NCBI GenBank assembly: GCA_951406725.2
Contig: OX597819.1
Location: 14,322,001 to 14,386,000 of the forward strand
From: Octopus vulgaris
Taxonomy: Eukaryota
Direction of reading: 5' to 3'
Length of the DNA stretch: 64,000 nt
Positions 59,323-64,000 of this stretch are shown here, one piece after another. The notes beneath the pieces are model-generated. The model ran no database searches. It was given only the letters and a program-made list of their open reading frames with translations, and was not told the DNA's origin. The translations under genes and the position numbers were made by a program. Numbering within the stretch: the stretch's first letter is position 1; each line of letters begins with the position of its first letter.

Positions 59323-59736
59323 CGCTATGTACGGCCATTCGAGCTCGACGCGTCCACACGCCAAAACTTTTCCTGATCGCAAGACACATGACAGTTGATA
59401 GTTAAGACACCAAATCGTGTCCTTCTCATCGTTTGGCCCCTTCGTCTCCCCGTTTTTTCTTTCCTTTCTTTCTTAGCCCTTTAATTATCTGTTTCCCTTG
59501 TCATCACAAGACCCCGAAATCTTCGCCAGCACGCGGCACCCACGCGATTAGCACGTGTTGTATATACCTGTGCTTCTGACCAGCTTATACCGGAGGCCTC
59601 CCTCTATACGGTCGGTCCACATACTAGAAACAGCAACCAAATCTCTACCAGAACCACAGACGTAAATAACAGCTAAATCGCCTTTAAACCACACACTTAG
59701 TGTCTTGAAAATTAGAGGAAACATGGATCATGTAGC

Positions 59737-59801
<65 letters not shown>

Positions 59802-59999
59802 TTGTGTCTACATACACATACACACATACAGATACGCATACATATATTTAAAAAATGGTTGGCCCCATGTGGGAAGTCTTCAGTCATAGCTCTTATGGTC
59901 AATCTTTGATGACCGCGGGAGGGTGGTGGGAGTAATAATGATAACAACAACAACAACAACAATAACTGCTATAGAAACAGCAATAACAATATTAGTATC

Positions 60000-60215
60000 C
60001 CTTTCTCTTATAAACACAAGGCCTGAAATTTGGGGGAGGGGAATAGTCGATTACATCGACCCCCAGTGTTTCACTGGTACTTAATTCATCGAGCCCCCGA
60101 AAGGATGACTGGCAAAGTCGACCGCGGCGGAATTTGAACTCAGAACGTAGCGACGGGCGAAATGCTGTTAAGCATTTCGACCAGCGTGGTAACGATTCTG
60201 CCAGCTCGCCACCTT
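60000..60215 (-). mobile_element. SINE A, tail 2
   Basis: Full head, central domain and type-2 tail. Confidence 0.8.
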
Positions 60216-60250
60216 AACAACAACAACAACAACAACAATAATAATAATAA

Positions 60251-60805
60251 ATGCCCTGATGCAGTACCAAGCAGTGGCTTTCGTGACTTCTGATCTTAAC
60301 TGATTGGAAGTGTTATCATGTACATGTTTTGTCTTGGTATAAAAGATGGGCTACACTAAATATTCTGCTCAATACCACAGATTTGCTTGTCAGTTGTTTG
60401 ACCTTAACCAGTTGAGCTTGTCCCTTGGTGGCTGACGATATGTGCATCTCTGATCATGAGCAGAAGTAGTGGGGAAGCATCATAGCCGTGTGTTGAGAGG
60501 GATTCTTTGGGGTTTGAATAATTCCCACTTGGACACATGGGTGCTTCGTTCAGCATCCTTAATCAACCCTTATTCAGGGACCTTTTGAGCGTGATGAGCT
60601 ATTCGACCAGAAGAAAATTCTAACTGGGCCCCACCTGCAAGGTCATGCGCTCTTAATCTTGATATAAGATCACCATGTCATGTACATATGGTTCTAATGC
60701 ATGTGTCTGGTGTACCCTTATCAGACGAGTAGTCATGATGGGTATACTGGGCTTCGTATATTTTACCCCAGTGTCATTTTGATGGCACGCACTGCTCTCT
60801 CACTC

Positions 60806-60806
<1 letters not shown>
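60251..60806 (+). mobile_element. Family D 555-bp (AAT)n-embedded element
   Basis: Same termini as the other full copies, more diverged. Confidence 0.85.
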
Positions 60807-60881
<75 letters not shown>

Positions 60882-61789
60882 CCAACAACAACAACAATAG
60901 CTGCGTAACAAATGCGTAATCACCAACAATGTCAATAACAACGACGCTTAAAGAATGATTGAAGTGATCCAAGTCAATCAGTGCGTTCCTACACTGCTAA
61001 AAATAGAAGTTAAGTCTTCATTAAATCACCTCTTCCTGCCTTGCCTAGGGCCTTTGTATATTTATGGAGATGATTGATCTGCACTTGGAAACTTCTTCTG
61101 CAGTGTGAAATAGTCCTGTGTGCAAGGTTTGTCCATAGCGGCCCAGCTATTGGTTCCCATATTTCCCTGACTCTGTGTCCATATCTTCCTTGTTGTCTGA
61201 GAGAAAGGCACCAGTGACGTCATTGCTGTCTTCGTGAGGACGTGAAGAGTCGGAAACAGGAAACATAAAGTTTCCCGTCCAGAGTTCTAAAACATCCACC
61301 GCCTCACCTCTCTTGGTCTGATCTTTGAGTTTATCGACTCCCACCTCCTGAAAAGATGAAATGCAAATCTGATAACAACAGGATTTGAAACCAGAATAAA
61401 TACAGCAATGAATTGTCTTCTAATGTCATAACTCTTTGCAGGTTTGTAGTTCAAATAATGACCCACTTTTTGTGTTTCAGATCTGGTGTTGGGTCACCTG
61501 TTTTAAAGTCTTTCTACTCAGTGAAAAACACTTAGGAATAAATAAGAGAAACTTCCGTTAAGCGGTTGACACTGCTCTTGTCTCAATCGTCTCCGTTGAA
61601 CCTACACTTGGTTCATCAGTCCTTTTGATAGATCTTGTTATTAGTCCTGGTGGGTTTATAGCGACCCTATCAGGCAAACCTAGTGGAGTTGAAGGCGGTT
61701 TAGTCGCTGAGGACCCTATCATGCAACAGGTTGTATTTGATTCCATGTTATCACTTATGCTACGATCAACGAGAAGATGAACCTCAAAC

Positions 61790-61980
61790 ACCTTTTGTGC
61801 ACAATCTGTGAAAGGCCATGCCTTTCTTTTGCTGGGTTCACATCTTTTCTGCGGACTTATGAAAAATGAACCTCTACCAACTATTCTGTCTATCTACCTG
61901 TGCACACCTGTCAATGCCACGTATGCCATAAGATCTTCAACTCTAAGGAGGCCTCCAAAGACATTTTAAGATCCACAAAC
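61790..61980 (+). pseudogene. Two decayed C2H2 zinc-finger motifs (possibly a LINE C-terminus)
   Basis: LCTICERPCLSFAGFTSFLRT and CHVCHKIFNSK/GLQRHFKIH, with a stop and a frameshift. Confidence 0.45.
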
Positions 61981-62450
61981 ATCAGAACTTAACTGTAATT
62001 CTTGGTGGTCCAAAACAGATATGCATAGTCTGGTTAAAAAAGACCACATCTGGCGCCATGATAGATTTCAGATGTAAGTACAAGAGCTGGTCAAACTCTG
62101 TATAAGCAGTAGACAACCACTGCTAAATGAATTCATAAGCACACATAACATCCAAATGTACATCTTTTTTCCTCAGATGATATTGTGCTCATGTGACATT
62201 AATGTAAATTTAATGTTTATTGAGCATTAATTGAAACGGCTGTAAGTGAAGATGACCAATTTGCTGTTTATAATAAACAATTATTAGCTTCTTAATCTCC
62301 ATTTTCTTTTCTTCTTTTAACTGAATATAAACTTTATATATACATATATATATATATATATATACATGCATATATACATACATAGATGCATATATACATA
62401 TATTTATACACACATACATACATTCATGCATTCATACATACACAATACAT

Positions 62451-62546
<96 letters not shown>

Positions 62547-63734
62547 GTGTGTACGTATCTATCTATCTGTCTGTCAATATGTATATAGACAAAGTTAATA
62601 TCAACGGTAAAGACAAGTCTTTTGTTTGTCACGTATGAAACCATTCGCGTATCAACAGGCAATCTTCACAGAATCGAAGGGACTGCCTTCTTACTAGCAA
62701 TCACCACACACACACATTCCATATTATATATATATATATATATTTAAATGTCGATGTAGACACACGCACACGCACATTCATAAACTATGCAAGCCACGCT
62801 CTTAAATTCTCTGTCATATTTTAATCCTCTAACAAACGACGATGTATAAAGCGAGTGGTGTGTATATAACGTTGGTGTATAAAAATGATTGTAGTCGAGT
62901 TGTGGTGGGGGAGGAACGATGGCAGGGCGGTGGTAGGGCGAGGGGTGGTGGTGTTTGTCCTTTTGATACAAATACAATGCAATCGTGTACTTAGCCTTAA
63001 ACCGTTAATAGCGGATCACGTGACAACATTAAGCCGTCTTTCCTCGCCTTGTCTTTAGCAATGGAGTCTGTAACAGTGGTTTACAGTATTGTTGTCGTAG
63101 TTGTTGTTGCTGTTGTTGTTGTTGTTTAACCCCAGGTCTGCCCTCATCCAGCCGACCCTTCGATGAGAGCCACAGCAGTGCTGATTATTTTTGTGTTTCG
63201 GATCTGGTGTTGGGTCATCTGTTTTAAAGTCTTTCTACTCAGTGAAAAACACTTAGGAATAAATAAGAGAAACTAGGTTTGCCTGATAGGGTCGCTATAA
63301 CTCTACAAGGTTTGCCTGATAGGGTCGCTATAAACCCACCAGGACTAATAACAAGATCTATCAAAAGGACTGATGAACCAAGTGTAGGTTCAACGGAGAC
63401 GATTAAGACAAGAGCAGTGTCAACCGCTTAACGGAAGTTTCTTAACAGATATAGCCTAATCTGTTACTACATTATCTGTGTGGCCTTCATTTCTTTCTAA
63501 GAAGGAAGTGTTGTTTGTGAGGCATTTGGTTGCTTTTTTAGCAGGTTGAGTGTCCACGCAGAACGACCATCGTCTGTCAATATGCCATTCTCTGTTGTTT
63601 CTCTTTGTTGGTGTTTTTGATTGTTGTTGTTGTTGATGGTGGTGGTGGTCGTGGAGGGGAGGCCGTTGGTGGGTTTCCTCTCAATCAGCCCTCATCGGCG
63701 TTACCCATTACGTGCGTGCGTGTGTTCATCTTTG

Positions 63735-64000
63735 ATCTGTTACTTGTTTAAGTCATTAGACTGCGGCCATGCAGGGGCACCGCCTTCAAGAATTTTAAAT
63801 GGATTAAATCGAACCCAATACATGCTCTTTAAAGCCCTGGTACTCAATATATCGGTCTCTTTTGACGAACAGCTAAGTTACGGAGGGTGTAAAGAAACCA
63901 GTACCGGTTGTCAAGCTGTGATGCGAGATAAACACAAACACACGCGCGCACGCGCGTATGAGGGCTTCTCGCAGTTTCCGTCGACCAAATCCACTCATAA
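63735..64000 (-). mobile_element. Diverged SINE family B, running off the window
   Basis: Tail and internal region match family B. Confidence 0.65.

Noticed and set aside
63369-63410. CTGATGA followed by a small stem (also at 61613, minus)
   Set aside because: No GAAA or helix I follows, so it is not a hammerhead.

Overview
AT-rich, extremely microsatellite-rich eukaryotic DNA with no confident host protein-coding gene. It is probably intergenic or intronic. The mix of SINEs and simple repeats strongly resembles Octopus (inferred from recalled repeat families, not from a search). Almost all long ORFs in the track are simple-repeat artefacts. The window holds many copies of three tRNA-derived SINE families, fragments of L1/Tx1, R4/Dong, RTE and Penelope-like (GIY-YIG) retroelements, Tc1/mariner and pogo-type deletion derivatives, non-autonomous Helitrons/Helentron, and a ~2.65 kb tandem duplication. 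Main hidden signals: (1) about ten type I hammerhead ribozyme motifs from at least five unrelated sequence contexts; (2) a repeated element built as tRNA-like Pol III head + (AAT)n + minimal hammerhead + Penelope-like tail, i.e. a candidate ribozyme-carrying SINE; (3) a SINE sharing its 3' tail with a Tx1/L1 LINE that appears to insert at a fixed position inside its own family's head; (4) a fixed-length 555-bp non-coding element found only within (AAT)n arrays, like Dong/R4 elements. All structures were read by eye and need computational and experimental confirmation.
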